Below, piece by piece: positions 12,101-25,429 of a DNA stretch of 44,106 nucleotides. Location: contig JBNGIO010006163.1 of assembly GCA_049999805.1 (NCBI GenBank), positions 1 to 44,106 on the forward strand, written 5' to 3'. Position numbers and translations under genes: made by a program. Below the pieces are notes generated by a model that saw only the letters and a program-made list of their open reading frames with translations, ran no database searches and was not told the origin of the DNA. Origin of the DNA: Folioceros fuciformis (Eukaryota). How positions within the stretch are numbered: the stretch's first letter is position 1; every line of letters starts with the position of its first letter.

Positions 12101-14001
12101 ACCAGGTTGCAAAAGCTGTCACAGAAGCTCATAGAATCTCTTAATGGATGTGTCAGTGAGAAGGTGTGTTCTGCAGATGTTGGAGAACCTCGCAACTTGA
12201 CGGGGGCATTTGCAGGCCCAAAGGCAAAAGAATGGAGAGAAGCTATTGGCAATGAGTATAACTCCCTCATTGCCAACAAAACGTGGATTATTACTCTTCT
12301 ACCTCCTGGAAAGAAGTGCATAGGATCAAAGTGGACTTTCAAGATCAAGCAAAAGGCCGACGGCAGCATAGAGCACTACAAGGCAAGGCTGGTGGGGAAA
12401 GGGTATACGCAGATTCCAGGTGTAGACTACACAAATACCTTCTCTCATGTTGCGAAGATAGCCTCTATTTGAGCACTCCTTGCTATCGTCACTGCTTTGG
12501 ATATGGAGATACATCATATAGATGTCCAAACTGCTTTTCTAAATGGAGATCTGAACAAAGAGATCTACATGGAGCAACCTGAAGGCTACATGGTACCTGG
12601 ATGTGAGGGCAAAGTATGTAACCTGCAAAAGGCCATTTATAGGCTTAAGCAATCTGCCCTTACTTGGTATTGTAAACTTGATAATCATTTCATTCTAGAG
12701 GTTTCAAGAAGACCAATGCTGATTGGAATATTTACGTGAAGCGAGTGGGAGCTTCTGCCGTCATCCTTGCTGTATATTTGGATGATTTCATCATCGTTAG
12801 CAATGATCATGAGCTTCTGACCTTAGCAAAGCGAGGCCTTAGTGAAAGCTTCGCTGTACGAAACCTTGGGGAGCTAAATTATTTCCTAGGAATGACGGTC
12901 GACAGAGATAGGACCAACATGGCAATCTCCCTAAGTCAGCAAACATATGTGCGGACTATACTAGAGCGTTTTGGGATGCAGGATTGCAAACCAATGCAGA
13001 TGCCAACGATCCGCAATGAGAAGTTATCACAGGAGGCGGATTCCAATGCGAAGGAACAGATAGATAAGAATCTCTCCCAGTGTGCTGTTGGCTGCCTTAC
13101 TTACTTGGCAACAAGCACCAGGCCAGACATCGAAGAGGCAGTAGGAGTTGTGAGCCAATTCCTGGTCAACCCCAAACCTCAGCATTATCAAGCCGTCAAG
13201 AGAATACTCAGAGACTTGCAAAGCACAAAACATTGGACATTAACCTACCGGAAGAAGGAGGATGAAGAAGCCCGTATTGTGGGATTTTGTGATGCAGATT
13301 GGGGCAGAAATGTCAACATTCACAGGTCTACGACAGGGTATGCCTTCATGCTATTTGGGGGAGCCATTTCATGGAGTAGTCGACGCCAACCTACAATGAC
13401 ACTATCCTCTACAGAGGCTGAGTATATAGCAGCCTCAGCCTCAGCCTCAGTCGTGGAAGCTATATGGCTCAGGCGATTGCTCGAAGAAATAGGGTTCAAG
13501 CAACAAGGTGCAACGCCCATCTTCAACGACAATCAGGGCTGTATTTATTTGGCTAAGAGCGTTATTTTCCACGCAAGGCCTAAGCACATCGAAGTTAGGC
13601 ATCACTTCATCTGGGAGAAAGTCAAGTCCAAGGAAATAGCTTTAGTTTATTGTCCTATTGAGGACATGCCCGCTGATGTTCTTACTAAAGGTTTAGCTTC
13701 ATAGAAGCATACGAAGTTTAGCAAGATGCTAGAGTTAATTGAGTAAGTCTTGAATAGACTGTAGATGTGTTGAGTGGGAGTGTTAGAAACCTATGGGGTT
13801 TGTACAACATATCTACATTAGAGTCTAGAGATTATACCCCAAGGTATATAGAATAAAACCATGATCGAAGTAATGTTAACCCTTTATCGAGTTATAGTCA
13901 TGCTTGAAGGCTATATACGTACGTACGCACAGACTATCAATCTAGATGTACTGAGCTGAGGCTTATCTTGAAGCATATTGAGATTCACGGTTTTTCTAAC
14001 A
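9112..14001 (+). mobile_element. Ty1/copia LTR retrotransposon 1, full length but decayed
   Basis: TG...CA LTRs at 9112-9407 and 13781-14001. Degenerate iMet PBS TGGTATATAGCC at 9408-9419. PPT TGAGTGGGAG at 13771-13780. Domains in copia order: gag (EKFGGKNFTLWK), zinc knuckle, protease (YLDSGAS), integrase (LWHQRLGH, VHTDVSGP, LRSDNGGEY), RT (YKARLV, YLDD), RNase H (CDADWG, ADVLTKGL). Flanks CGGTG/TGGTC fit a TGGTG target seen in the empty copy at about 1593. Confidence 0.95.
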
Positions 14002-14171
14002 TGGTCTCTACTAGGTTCTTACATTCTACGTGACTTGTGTTGTGTAGGTCACTGCCTGGCATGCATCTCAGTACTCCCGTCATTCAGCGGGTGCATGTTC
14101 GCAGATATGGGTATCTCCTCTCTTAGGGGTGGGATGCACTGGAAGCTGACAGTTTGGATAGGCTGTCATCT
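14002..14171. repeat. Duplicated host segment, copy 2, part 2
   Basis: Matches about 1593-1779, e.g. CATTCAGCGGGTGCA and CTGGAAGCTGACAGTTTGGATAGG. Confidence 0.9.
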
Positions 14172-17100
14172 TGCAAAATTTCCTATTAGTAGAAAGTGAG
14201 ATTATATCTTAAGCTACATTCCTTCTCTTTTATTAAGCATAATAATTAAGTACAAAGGTAATGGTTTTTTTATAGGTGCTTGAGGCACGTCTTCACTAGG
14301 GGTGTGATCGTTCTGGGTAATACTGGGATTAACCTAACTTAAACTGACTACTAACTGGGGTTATGAGTTACTTAACAAAAGAAACTATTCCTAACTCTCC
14401 CTCTTAAGTGAGACATAACCTAATTGAGCAATCAAGAGCTTATGACAACCATGCTCCCTCTTACGAACAAGTCTTACCTTGTACTTGGGAGGCAGGGAGG
14501 TAGGGTGTGTAATCCACAAGTCCCATTCTCTGCATGTGCTGGTAATGTCGCAACTTGGGTAGGCCCTTCGTCAGGATGTCTGCCAAGTTATCTTCAGTAG
14601 GTACATAGCCAGCTTGTACCACCATGAGCTCCACAACATCACGAATGTAGTGAAGTTGAATCTCAATATGTTTTGTCCTGGCGTGAAATTTGGGGTTAGA
14701 AATCAGTGCCAGAGCTGACATATTGTCACAATGAAGGGGTGTGGGCTGATCTTGCTTCTGGCCAATATCGGATAGAAAAGCCCTCTCCCATTCGACTTCC
14801 TTAGAGGCGTCAATAAGTGACTTGTATTCGACCTTCGTGGAAGAGAGTGCTATGGAGGTTTGCTTCTTGCAGCTCCAGTTTACTGCAGCTGTGGATAGGA
14901 GAAAACAGTGCGCGCTCAAACTCTTCCTTGAGTTTGTGTTAGATGCCCAGTCGGCATCTATATAGCCGGGAAGAGTGAGCTTGCCTATTTCTCCTATTTC
15001 TCCGCTTTGGTATGCCAGCCCATATGTTATGGTTCCCTTCAAGTAACGGAACACCCTCTTGACGGCAGCCCAGTGTGCCTTGCCAGGCGACTCTAGAAAT
15101 TGGGATACTGTGGAAATAGAGTATTGAATGTCGGGCCTTGTCCAACCACTGACGAAAAGGAGGCTGCCTACAGCATGGCGATAGGGAATCCCTTTTATCT
15201 CTTTGGCTTCCTCTTCCGTCCAGCACTGATCAAATGTAAGTTTGGTGCCCACGGCGTAGGGTGTGGATACTGGCCTGGCTTGATCCAACTTGAACTTTCG
15301 TAGTATCTCATTAATGTACTTGAACTGGTGGATGACTAGTCTCCCTTCTGCTCTAATCTTGAGTATTTAGATACCAAGGCAGAACTGGAGCTCACCTATG
15401 TCCTTCATTTCGAAGCGAGCGCTCAAGAGTTGCTTAACCTGTGCCAACATATCAGGGTTGTTTGTTGTAAGAATGAGGTCATCAACATAGGGAGCAAGGG
15501 CCACAAAATGAGGGCCTTGGGACAGCTTGTACACATTGCCATTAGTCGTGCTCTGGGCAAAAGAGACGCTCGAGAGATAAGCGTGCATGGTGGTATACCA
15601 AACCCAACCACTTTGCTTAAGGCCGTAGATGCACTTCCTAAGCCTTAGGACTTTGCCTGGATGTTGCTTGCTGACATAGCCTTCGGGCTGCTCCATATAG
15701 AGCTTCTCGTCCAGGTTGCCGTGAAGAAAGGCAGTCTTTACGTCCATTTGGTGGAGCTCTAGGTCGAGCTCGATGGCAAGTGCAAGCAGAATTCGGATGG
15801 ATTGAGCACGTACCACATGAGAGAAGGTCTCCTGATAGTCGAGGCCTTCAAGTTGGGAGAACCCGCGAGCTACCTGGCCTTGGGCGTTCAACTTCAGCTT
15901 GAATGTCCATTTACACAAGATGGGCTTCCTCCCAGGAGGCGAGTTGACAAGCTCCCAAGTTTTGTTCTGAACCAAACTCTAGTATTCATCCTCCACTACG
16001 AGCCGCCACTAGGAGGATTCGGGGCCAATGAGTGCTTGGGTCAGAGTAGTTGGCTGCTCCTCAGGTAGAGAGGAGGAAGGGGTCAAAGCAGCGGAGAGAG
16101 AACTGAAAGCAGTCCAAAAATCCATTGACTAATAGGGTGGCTTAGCTCACTGGGACAGCGGTGGCCAATGACGGGTGTTGTGGCGAAGGCCAGGAGCTAG
16201 TGCAGGATCTGGCATAGGTGGCACAGTAGGCGCCGGCTTGCCTTCATCCTACACAAGAGGTGGAGCAGCCAGTGGTGTTCCATCAAGGACATCGACGTCA
16301 GGTGCTGGCAGTAAGTCACCAGAAGCATTGTCAGCGACGGGAGGTGGGTCACTGAAAGCACCAGTATGGTCTTCAGGTGGGAAGGCCTAAAAGGATGGAT
16401 AGCTGTCCTCAACATCCGAGTCGGCATCCACTATGTCAGAATTGCTAGGGTCACCGTCCTCCGGAGGGAAACTTTATAAAGGGTCTGAGTCGGGGGGAAC
16501 TGGGTCTTCAGTTGAAGCGGCTCCCTCTAAAGTTGGCTTAGCAAGCTCCATGAAGGTAACAATCCGTGCAAGGGTGATATCGTAGGTCTCAGGGTCTACG
16601 AGTTTGTAGGCCTTGGTAGTTTCACCGTAGCCTACGAAAATCAGCTTCCTTGCCCTGTCCACTAACTTGCGCCGTTTTCGTGCAGGGATATGGGCAAAAG
16701 CTGCGGATCCAAAGACCCGCAGGTGTTGAATACTTGGCTTCTGTTGCTAGAATACCTCATGGAGTGCGGCCAGGCACGGAACTTGTGATAACCCGGTTCA
16801 AGATGTAGGTAGCGGCCATTATAGCTTCAGCCCAGAAGCCCTACGGAAGACCAGACCAAAAGAGCATACTTCGAGTCATGGAGAGGAGCGTCTGGTTCTT
16901 ACGCTCTGCAACCCCATTTTGCTGTGGGGTATAGGGGACACTAAGTTGTCTTTCAATTCCTCGCTCAAGCAGGAAGGTATTAAACTCAGTGTTTACAAAG
17001 TCACTCCCATTGTCACTCCGCAGGGTTTGTAGCAAGTTGCCCATCTGCTGTTCGACTGCTAGCAACCAATCCTTGAAATAAGTAAGTGTGTCGCTCTTTA

Positions 17101-20100
17101 GGTGCATGAGGAAGGTCCACGAATATCTACTGAAGTCGTCTGTGATGGTGAGGTAGTAAATCGCTCCTCCCAAGGAAGGTGTGTGAACCCTCCCTGATAT
17201 ATTAGCGTGGACCAACTCCAGCATTGATTCTGCCCGTTGTGCATATTTAGGAAATGGCGACTCCTTATGCTTTGCAAGCACACATGACTCGCAAACAATG
17301 AGGTGCCGAAAACATCTTGGCAGAGGTTCCTTGTATAGGTCTTATAACGACATTGAGATCAACTTATTCTTGTTGATGTGACCAAGCCTGGCATGCCAAA
17401 GGGTATCTAGACTTGAAGAGGACTGTTCAACAATGAAGGCAAGGGGCTCCTGTTTGCTATCCAAGGTAAGCCTATAAAGCCCATCTTGGGGATGGCCTTT
17501 AACACGCACAGGTCGGGGTTAGCTGGCCTGTAAAAACAGCAAGAGTCACGCGAGAACAGTATCTCCAAGGTACCATGTCGCATGAGCTGACTTAGGGAAA
17601 CAAGGTTCTTCCCCATCTGTGGAACATAGAGCACAGGCTTTAGGGTAAGTGTTGATCCATCAGGTAAGGGGAACTTGCGGATCCCTTGTCCAAGTATGGG
17701 CAGACTTGATTTGTTTTGCTAATCTCCTAGGAGCACTCTTTCTCTAACAGGGCGTGTGTCTAGCTTAGAAAACAGAGTGTCGTCATTGCAAATATGAGCG
17801 ATGGCTCCACTCTCAAGGTACCACCCTCTATCTTGCTGTGGTTGAGTGTTGAGGCAGACTGTGAGAATCTTGATGGTGTTCGTCTCCTCAGATACTGTTT
17901 TGCCTTTAACAGCTACACTTGCAATTTGGCGTAGGCCAGGCTTCTGTGGCTCTCCGGCCTTTTTCTTGTGGCACTCTCGTGCCCAATGAACGGGTGTACC
18001 GCACCAATTGCAGTTACCTACCCGACGTGGTGGAGTTGAGGTCGACTCACCCTTGGAGGTAGTGGCCTGCTTCCCCTTGAGTTTCCGAAGCTTAAAACGA
18101 ACAGCAAGTGCCTTGTTTGCCTTGGGCTTGGACCCTCTTGTAGAATTGAGGCGACTATGTTCGTGCTGGTACAGGGCACCAATGATTTCCTCCACTATTA
18201 GAGAGAAGGTGGATCCACAGATGCCACCGGTTGACACCAGCATCAGGCTAGTGACAAAGTGTTCATAAGTAGCCGGCAAACTCATGAGCAGTTGAGCAGC
18301 AGCATCAGTCTTGGTCATCAGTGACCCAAGAGAGGCCAATTGTCCTCTAAGCTATCTGAACTTGGAGGTATGTGCTGCGACTGTGTTCGTCTCCTTCATC
18401 TTAAGTGCATTGAATTCTTGCCTGATGCTATAGAGTGTCAGAATATTATTCACATTGTAGGTGTTGGGAAGTTGATTCCAAATGGAAGAGGCTTTTATAA
18501 GGAACTCGACGCTCAGCACCAAGCTCGAGTCCAAACCAGAGATGAGGAGCGCCACTGCAATTCCATTTAAGTATTCCCACTTCTCAAAATCGGCTGCAGA
18601 AGGAGGAGGGGTTACAGTGGGGTCAGGCTTGGGGTGGCTCCCATCAACAATTTTCCAAACACCACAGCCAATCAGAATTGACTTCATTCGAACTCGCCAT
18701 TCTGGGTAACGCTGGCCGTTGAAGCGATCATTTTCCTTTATATGGTCGGGGAATGTTGGAATAGATTCTATGGGTACTAGGACCACGGTGCTGGTGGCCA
18801 TGTCAGTTGGAGGGTTAATTGAGAGCAAATTAAAGTGTTGGACGAGTTGATTAACTGCGTCTTTGTAGCTTGTGGTCATAGGATGGGGCACATACAGCCA
18901 GCACGCGGGATCATACACCGTTATGTTCGAAAGAGAGTTACACAAAAGAGACACAAATGTTCTCCTAACCACTTTGTGGGTTCCGTATGTCAAGAAAACT
19001 CAAGGTAGCGGGTCAGATCCTAGTGTCCTATGGGCCTCTGTTGGCATCAACCGGCGAATACGGTAGGCGAGCTCCGCTATGTCTTCAACTTCGCGTTGGA
19101 GCAGATCCCAAAGTGCCGAAGAACAAGCGGTGGGGTCTCCAAACGCCGATTGATCCGTTAGGGAAAGAGGCTCAGTCTTCACTTGTGGAAAGAACGTGTC
19201 CTTTTGGTAGGCAACATATGCGTAAACCTCTCCAAGCATCAGATCAAGTGGAGGGTAGGCTAATCCAAAGGCAGCACCAGAAATGTCCCTGCTCACATTG
19301 TTTGGAGGGGGTGCCCCAAAAAACGAAAAGGTTGCTTGACTTGTCACTTGGAGTGGGATGGGGTGCCCCAAGAAATGAAACGTTACTTAATGTGTCGATT
19401 GGAGGGAGATGGGGTACCTCCTCCCCGAGGATGCACCCCGTCGCGAAGACGGGTGCGTCCCCGTCGGGGGTGTGCACCCCTCCACGCAAGAGGCGCGGCC
19501 CCTCGCGAGGTGCCTCCGCGTGAGGCGCCAGGGGGTCACGGCGCCCCGCCTGATGCTAGCGCGTGGGTGGCCCTGCAGGAAGTCGAAAATTCGATGGCAG
19601 AAGTCCACCTCCGAGGCTAATTGGAAGGCGTGGTGACCCAATCTGGCTTCGAAATCGGCCTACGCTAGCGTACTCCTCCTCGGTGCGCCGAATTGCAGTA
19701 GCGTGCCCAACTCCAAGGAATAAATCTAATCATCCTCCTGCTCAGAATCTAGTCCACATTTGCTTGGGTTTGCGAATCTGCAAGAGAGCTTCGATGGAAG
19801 CAGTTGGATTGCAATCTCATCAGGTAAGGGTGATGATGCTGGGGTAAAATCCACAGTGGGCGGAGGCACTAGGCTAAGGGATGCCCCGGGGACCAGGTCG
19901 TCCTCGGAGAATCCATGGAAGAAACATTCTTCTTTGAAGCCGGTGGCGAGAGTGCAAATGCACTGGCGAGTAGGCTGCCATGGCAGAGCTGTTCGCTGTC
20001 TCCGTGGTCTAGGGCGGCGATGGCTCACGGCCTGTGATTTGGAGCAACCTCGGCGGCGCTCGGACCTCTGATTCCGAAGAAATTTAGTGCTTGCTTTTGG

Positions 20101-20584
20101 TGCCATCACTCTGAACGAAGGGCTTGCCGCGACACGCTGTTTGACGGGAGAGGGGGAGGGGCCTTGTGCATCTCCCCTCTTTTTCATTTATTTGCATCAT
20201 TACTGACTCTTCATATCTGTGGGATTACAAATTGTTTTCATGTTAGAAAACGGGGGTTTAGATGGTGATGCCTTTATTGGAACTCCACGGGTGGGTGCCC
20301 ATGTCCCCGATCAGAACTCAGACCTGTGGGGGACCTGTGGGGTAGACATTTCTCTGCATCTATACATCTACCTATTAGTAGGAAGTGAAATTATCTTAAG
20401 CTACATTCTTTCTCTTTTATTAAGCAGAATAATTAAGTACAAAGGTAAGTGTTTCTTTTATAGGTGCCTGAGGCATCTCTTCACTAGGGATGTGATTGTT
20501 CGGGGTAATACTGGGATTAACCTAACTTAAACTGACTGCTAACTAGGGTTATGGGTTACTTAATAGAAAAAACTATTCCTAACA
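14172..20584 (-). mobile_element. Ty1/copia LTR retrotransposon 2, full length but decayed
   Basis: LTRs at 14172-14396 and about 20355-20584, roughly 90% identical by eye. Perfect 5-bp TSD CATCT at 14167-14171 and 20585-20589. PPT at 14397-14408. Minus-strand gag (RFNGQRYPEW), CNWCG...HWAREC knuckle, protease (WYLESGA), integrase, RT (YVDD) and RNase H (ADILTKGL). No canonical PBS found. Confidence 0.95.
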
Positions 20585-20936
20585 CATCTCAGGGCATCAG
20601 TACATTAGCTGTGCGTGTGACCAATGCTGAGTCCAGAATTGAAGATGTGAGGAAGACGACATGGGAAGCAGACTCTTGTCTCATGGGAAGCAGACTCTTG
20701 TCTACAGAGGACTTGGGAATCGTAACTAACTGGGGCCTTGGTAGGGGCAGGGTGCCATTGGCCTGAATTTTCACAATCCTTATGGTTGCCTCCATGTTGT
20801 TGCTCTTCATGAGCATCATTCCGGCAGAGAAGGCAAGATTGAGAAAAGCGAGGCAACAAACCAAGACCCAAGCTTGTTCTTCTCCTCTCGTTCCAATTGC
20901 GTAACCATGTGTCTCCTACCACCTCTGGGCTTGGTA
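20585..20936 (-). pseudogene. Duplicated host segment, copy 2, part 3, including a second inverted fragment of TAA exon 1 (about 20690-20936)
   Basis: Continues the match to 1775-2072. The minus strand encodes LNLAFSAGMMLMKSNNMEATIRIVKIQANG...KSSV and matches 29650-29900. Confidence 0.9.
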
Positions 20937-21519
20937 GCTCGGGGCAGCTTAAGAGCTTATCTCAGTTCTAGGAACTATCCAAGCAATTAAAATCTTATCG
21001 CGGTCCCAGGAACTATCCAAGCAGCACATCTCACGCGAGACTGAATACCTACTGTTCTACTGCCGAGGCAATGTACATGCCAAAGAAAAATTGGTCTTGA
21101 AGAACGGTTACAAGTGCCTCATCGTGAGGGTTGGAGCCTAACCCCTAACTTAGCAACAGGGATGCAACAGCAGGTGCATTGCCATTGCATTAGAGAACCT
21201 TTCTACATTGAATGCACTAGGGTAGTTGCTAAAGGAACATAACCAGTAGATGATCACATACCCATGATGCAAAAGACAAGATTGGCACATTTAGCAAATG
21301 CAATGGCACTATTGCAACCCAAAGCAGCAACGATACTAGATAATACCTCTGCTTACAAATTTGTGGATATTGGTATTCAAATGGTAGCTAAGGCTCCCAA
21401 ATCCCATGGAGAGGAGGCAAACGTGAGATCTGAAGGATGCAAATCGTAGACAATGGCTAGAGAGCGAGAAGGAAAGATGGAGAGTCCATCAAAACTTTTT
21501 TTGATGGACTCTTTATTAA

Positions 21520-22490
21520 GGAACTAAAAGTACCAGCAACTTCTTAAATAGCTAGAGTACGGTAACCCTTATAACCACAAATGCTAACAACAAGTAACTA
21601 TTTTAGTAATTTGGAGTGAAATAAAATTACTATACTATAACTTCCAACACTCCCACTTAGTGAGCATTTGAGGAGTGAACGCACTAGAATCCCGTTGTTG
21701 TTGACATCCACATGTGCACAGAAAGAACATAAAAGAATCTTCATAATTGTGTACCTACGCTCTTCCCGTCTCTACATACGCGATGCCTAGTAAAGCTCCC
21801 AACACAGTTGCATTTGAAGCATTGACATAGTTTGAAGCCTCAAGATATACTTAGCGTAAGAGAAAATGATTGAAGAGGAAAACAGTGAGGAACACATGAT
21901 CATAACCAGAATATAGCTTCCACTGAATAATTGCTGTAGAGAAAATCTGATGAGCTTTGCCTTTCTCTTCCATTGTAGGAATGTCACGAACACTTAGAGC
22001 AAGAGTGTGTTTCTCATGAAGTGTTCTGGGCAAGGCCTCTGTGAGTAAGACTGAGACTGCAGTGTTTTCGCTAGTTGAAACATAAGACACACTGACCTCC
22101 TTGTTATCAACAACCTGCCTTATACAATGATGAGAAATTTCTTTGTGCTTAGATCTCACATGAAATACTATATGTCAATAGATTATTGCACCATAGTTGA
22201 GTTGGTCCTTATTGTACTTGCTGTAATCTTGTCAAAAAACAAAACTCCGTACCCATAAGATCTCCTTGACACCTTGAGTCATGGCCCTGTACTCAGTTTC
22301 CATCGGGGATAAACATATGGTGTTCAACTTCTTAGCAGACCAAGATACAGGAGATACTCCGAGAAATATTCAATAAGTTGCCACACTTTTACTGGTGTCC
22401 GGGTGACCAGCCTAGTATGCATCGCAGTAGGCTAGGAGTTGGAGACCATCCTTATGCTTGCCAAAATGTAGTTCCTTCCTTGGAGTACCT
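21520..22490 (-). mobile_element. Ty1/copia 3' remnant (RNase H, PPT, part of the 3' LTR)
   Basis: Minus strand gives LAYCDAY, VSWSAKK, ETEYRAMTQGVKEILWVR and RSKHKEISHHCIRQVV...LLTEALP. PPT CTAAGTGGGAG at 21650-21660 is followed by TGTTGG. The left boundary is approximate. Confidence 0.85.
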
Positions 22491-23434
22491 TTTTTTGCTT
22501 AATTAATTCTATTCATCTTTATGCTTTGGCCTCATACCTCTTTAATTGTTATAGAGCATGCGAGGATGCTTCATAGTTGGTAGAGGTAGCTACCACACTT
22601 GAATCAAAGAAGTGAACATCTCTTGCAACTTCTACATTAAATTTTCTCTCCTCTCGTTCAATAATACAAAACATGGATGTAAGCTTAGATTGCTTATTTG
22701 TTACCATCTTCTTATGCTAGCCTTGGTTGTATGAAAAGACTAATTTTCCCACAGAAGATTGTTTCGATGATTTTGGGTAGGTACTTGTTTAAGAAACCAA
22801 GGCTTTGTTAGGAACCTAGGGTTTATTGAGGAAATTATGATTAGTTTGAATCGAGAGACTAGACATTATTTGGGAAACCAAGGCTTGCTTACTAACCTAG
22901 GTTTTACTTGGGGGAGGTTTATATCTACTTAGTTGTACTTAATTATCTATTCTAATAAGCATTAAAATTTGAACAATTCAAGAGTAAGCCATAGCATTCT
23001 GCACTAGGAAACCAAATAAGCAGGAAACCAAATAAGCAAGAACCATAAAAAGTGAACAAATGCTGAAAAGGATGAATGCTAGCTCCACCATAATGACCAT
23101 GCCCTAATAAAACCTGGATACAAGGGAGAAAGGACTTTAAGCTTAACAAAGTTTTAAAAAAATATGATCGTTTCAATTATTTTATTAATATATGAAATAT
23201 TATAATATATATTTTTCTGAAGGAAAAGTGTAGTCTGCAATCCCAATATTATAATATATATTTCCTTGTTGTTAACAGTATTGTGAGAAAAGAGGTCTGT
23301 AATCTGGAACGGCGTGCCGGATCAATGTCCGGCGGTGGACCGGGAGGGGAGTGGGCGAGGCAGCTCCTTTGCATGGCCCCACTTTCTTTTTCCTAGGGGC
23401 CATAGCTACTGGGGACATGCAGGCTGGTTGTACC

Positions 23435-25300
23435 GCCGTGCCGTGCTGTGCCGTGCCGTGTGGTCCCACTGTTTGTGACCGGTCACCGCTCCAGCCGGGA
23501 ATCCTACAATCTACATGTACTGTACATTTTATTCATAAAGACATACCGTACATTCAGTAGGATGCAAAGCGAAATAGCACAAGGCAGCCCGAAATGGGCG
23601 TCCCGGCCAGGGACTCGGCCCTAAACCCTGAACCCTAAGCTCTTTCCTTGTGTGCCCGGCCCCTTCCCAAGCCAACCCGCTGTAATCATTGGGCATGCCA
23701 TGGCCAGCCCAGCCCAGCCCAGCCCAGCTGCGGAAATGTGGTTGGAAACGCAACGCTTCCAAGCCCTTGCCTCCAACGGTTGTACGTATCCCACCCACAT
23801 ACTGTGTACGCCTCTAGTATAATACTAACCATATCCTGTGTACAATATGTATGTATGTACATGTACAGTACACAGACACTGTATATAATGTCCGGTAAGT
23901 CTCCGAATGAGAAGCGGAGGCAAAAAAGAGCCTTTCTGTGACACGGGTGGAAAGGCCGCTGCCCTTTTCCTACAAACCAGGCGACGGCAAAGGAATAGGG
24001 ATTGTGCCAGACAGCCCATCATTGGTCGTGTCTGGCCTGACCTGACCTGACCTGACCTGACCTGGGCTCTCCAGTTGGAGGAGTCTCTTCTTTGCAGCAT
24101 GGAAGCCCCAGATCCGTTTGCGATGTTGTGCGAGCTCCATCTCGTCGTGTGTGTGTGGAATGGGGTGCGGCCTCCTGGCTGGAATGTGATTTCGTGGCAG
24201 GGTGGCGATGGACGGAGGAGAGGAGAAGCAAAAAAGGAAGCCGGTAGGTTGGTAGGTACATATGTTTTGACATGCCAATGAGAATGGAGGAAAAGAGGGA
24301 AGGAGGAAGCGGAGGAGGAGCAGCGAAGGTACGAAAAGCGCGTAACGGTGTGGCAGAGCAGAGCAGAGCAGAGCAGAGCAGAACAGAGGAAGGAGAAGGG
24401 GTAACGGAATGGGAAGGAAATGTGGTACTTGAAGGGGCGGTCCCACAAGCCTCTCCTCTCTGCTCCTCTCGTCTCCTCTCCGCTGCACTCGGCTCGCGTT
24501 TGCCGTCATCGAAAAAGGGCTGGGTGTCCGGCAACGTGGACGCCTGCCTCATCATGGGCCCTTTATCGTCCAGTGGCAGGCGTTTATGAAGGGACTCGGC
24601 TTGGCGCCTACTGGGAAGGTTCCTGGCCAAGGTCGAGGCCAGCCCGGGATCGCTGGCCGGAAAACCACAAGGATGGGGCGGGCCTACCGGATAGCTACAC
24701 CATGCGTCCTTTTCGCGCTCGCGCTCGGGCTCGGAGTGTACGATGCCTTGGGGGCCATGGCGGAGTGTAGTCTAGGGTGGAGAGGCGCGCTTGCACTCTG
24801 CACACGCCACACGCCACACGCCACACTGCACACGGCACGCTGCACACTGCCCTGTGCTGGACGGAAAGGGAAGGGGAGGGGACGGAAAGGGCAGGGAAGG
24901 GAAGGGAAGGATCAATGTCCGACCCAACAGTGAGCTCCCACCGACCATGGGCTTGCGTGCGTTTGCGATCTTTCTTCGGCTTCGGCCCGGCTTCTCGAAG
25001 TCTCCAACGACCAGTCCGGAGAGGACAGGAGGGGCGAGGAGAGGATAGGATAGGAGAGTACAACCAACTGTGGGCCTTCGCCGCTCTGCTCTGCTCCGCT
25101 CCTCTGTCTGGTCTGTGTCTTGTGTGTGTGTGTGTGTGCGGGCATTTCTGTCCTTCACTGCCGGGGGTCCATCTCCAATGGACCACAATTAGCGTACCCA
25201 TGAAGGGTAGGGAAGGGCAGGGAAGTGCGTGCATTCCGGTGGGGAGTTCTGACATGCCAACATTTGGAAGACTTTTGACTACATACATACATACATATAT
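23435..25300. repeat. Microsatellite-dense non-coding region
   Basis: Runs of (GCCGT)n, (CCAGC)n, (CCTGA)n, (GAGCA)n, (CACGCCA)n, (GGGAA)n, (GT)n and (CATA)n. No ORF here resembles a known protein. Confidence 0.75.
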
Positions 25301-25429
25301 CCAGTACGTAGTTCCTCCACTTGTTGTTTCATGAAAATAATGAGGAACTCCTTGTGAGTGAACTCCTGATCTCGAGAAGAAGAAGAAGAAGTTCATGGGA
25401 CTTGAAGAGAAGAAAGAATTGCATCTTGG

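Noticed and set aside
20290-20345. tRNA-iMet-like words near the 5' LTR of element 2 as a half-tRNA PBS
   Set aside because: The matches are short or mismatched, one is in the wrong orientation, and neither abuts the LTR.
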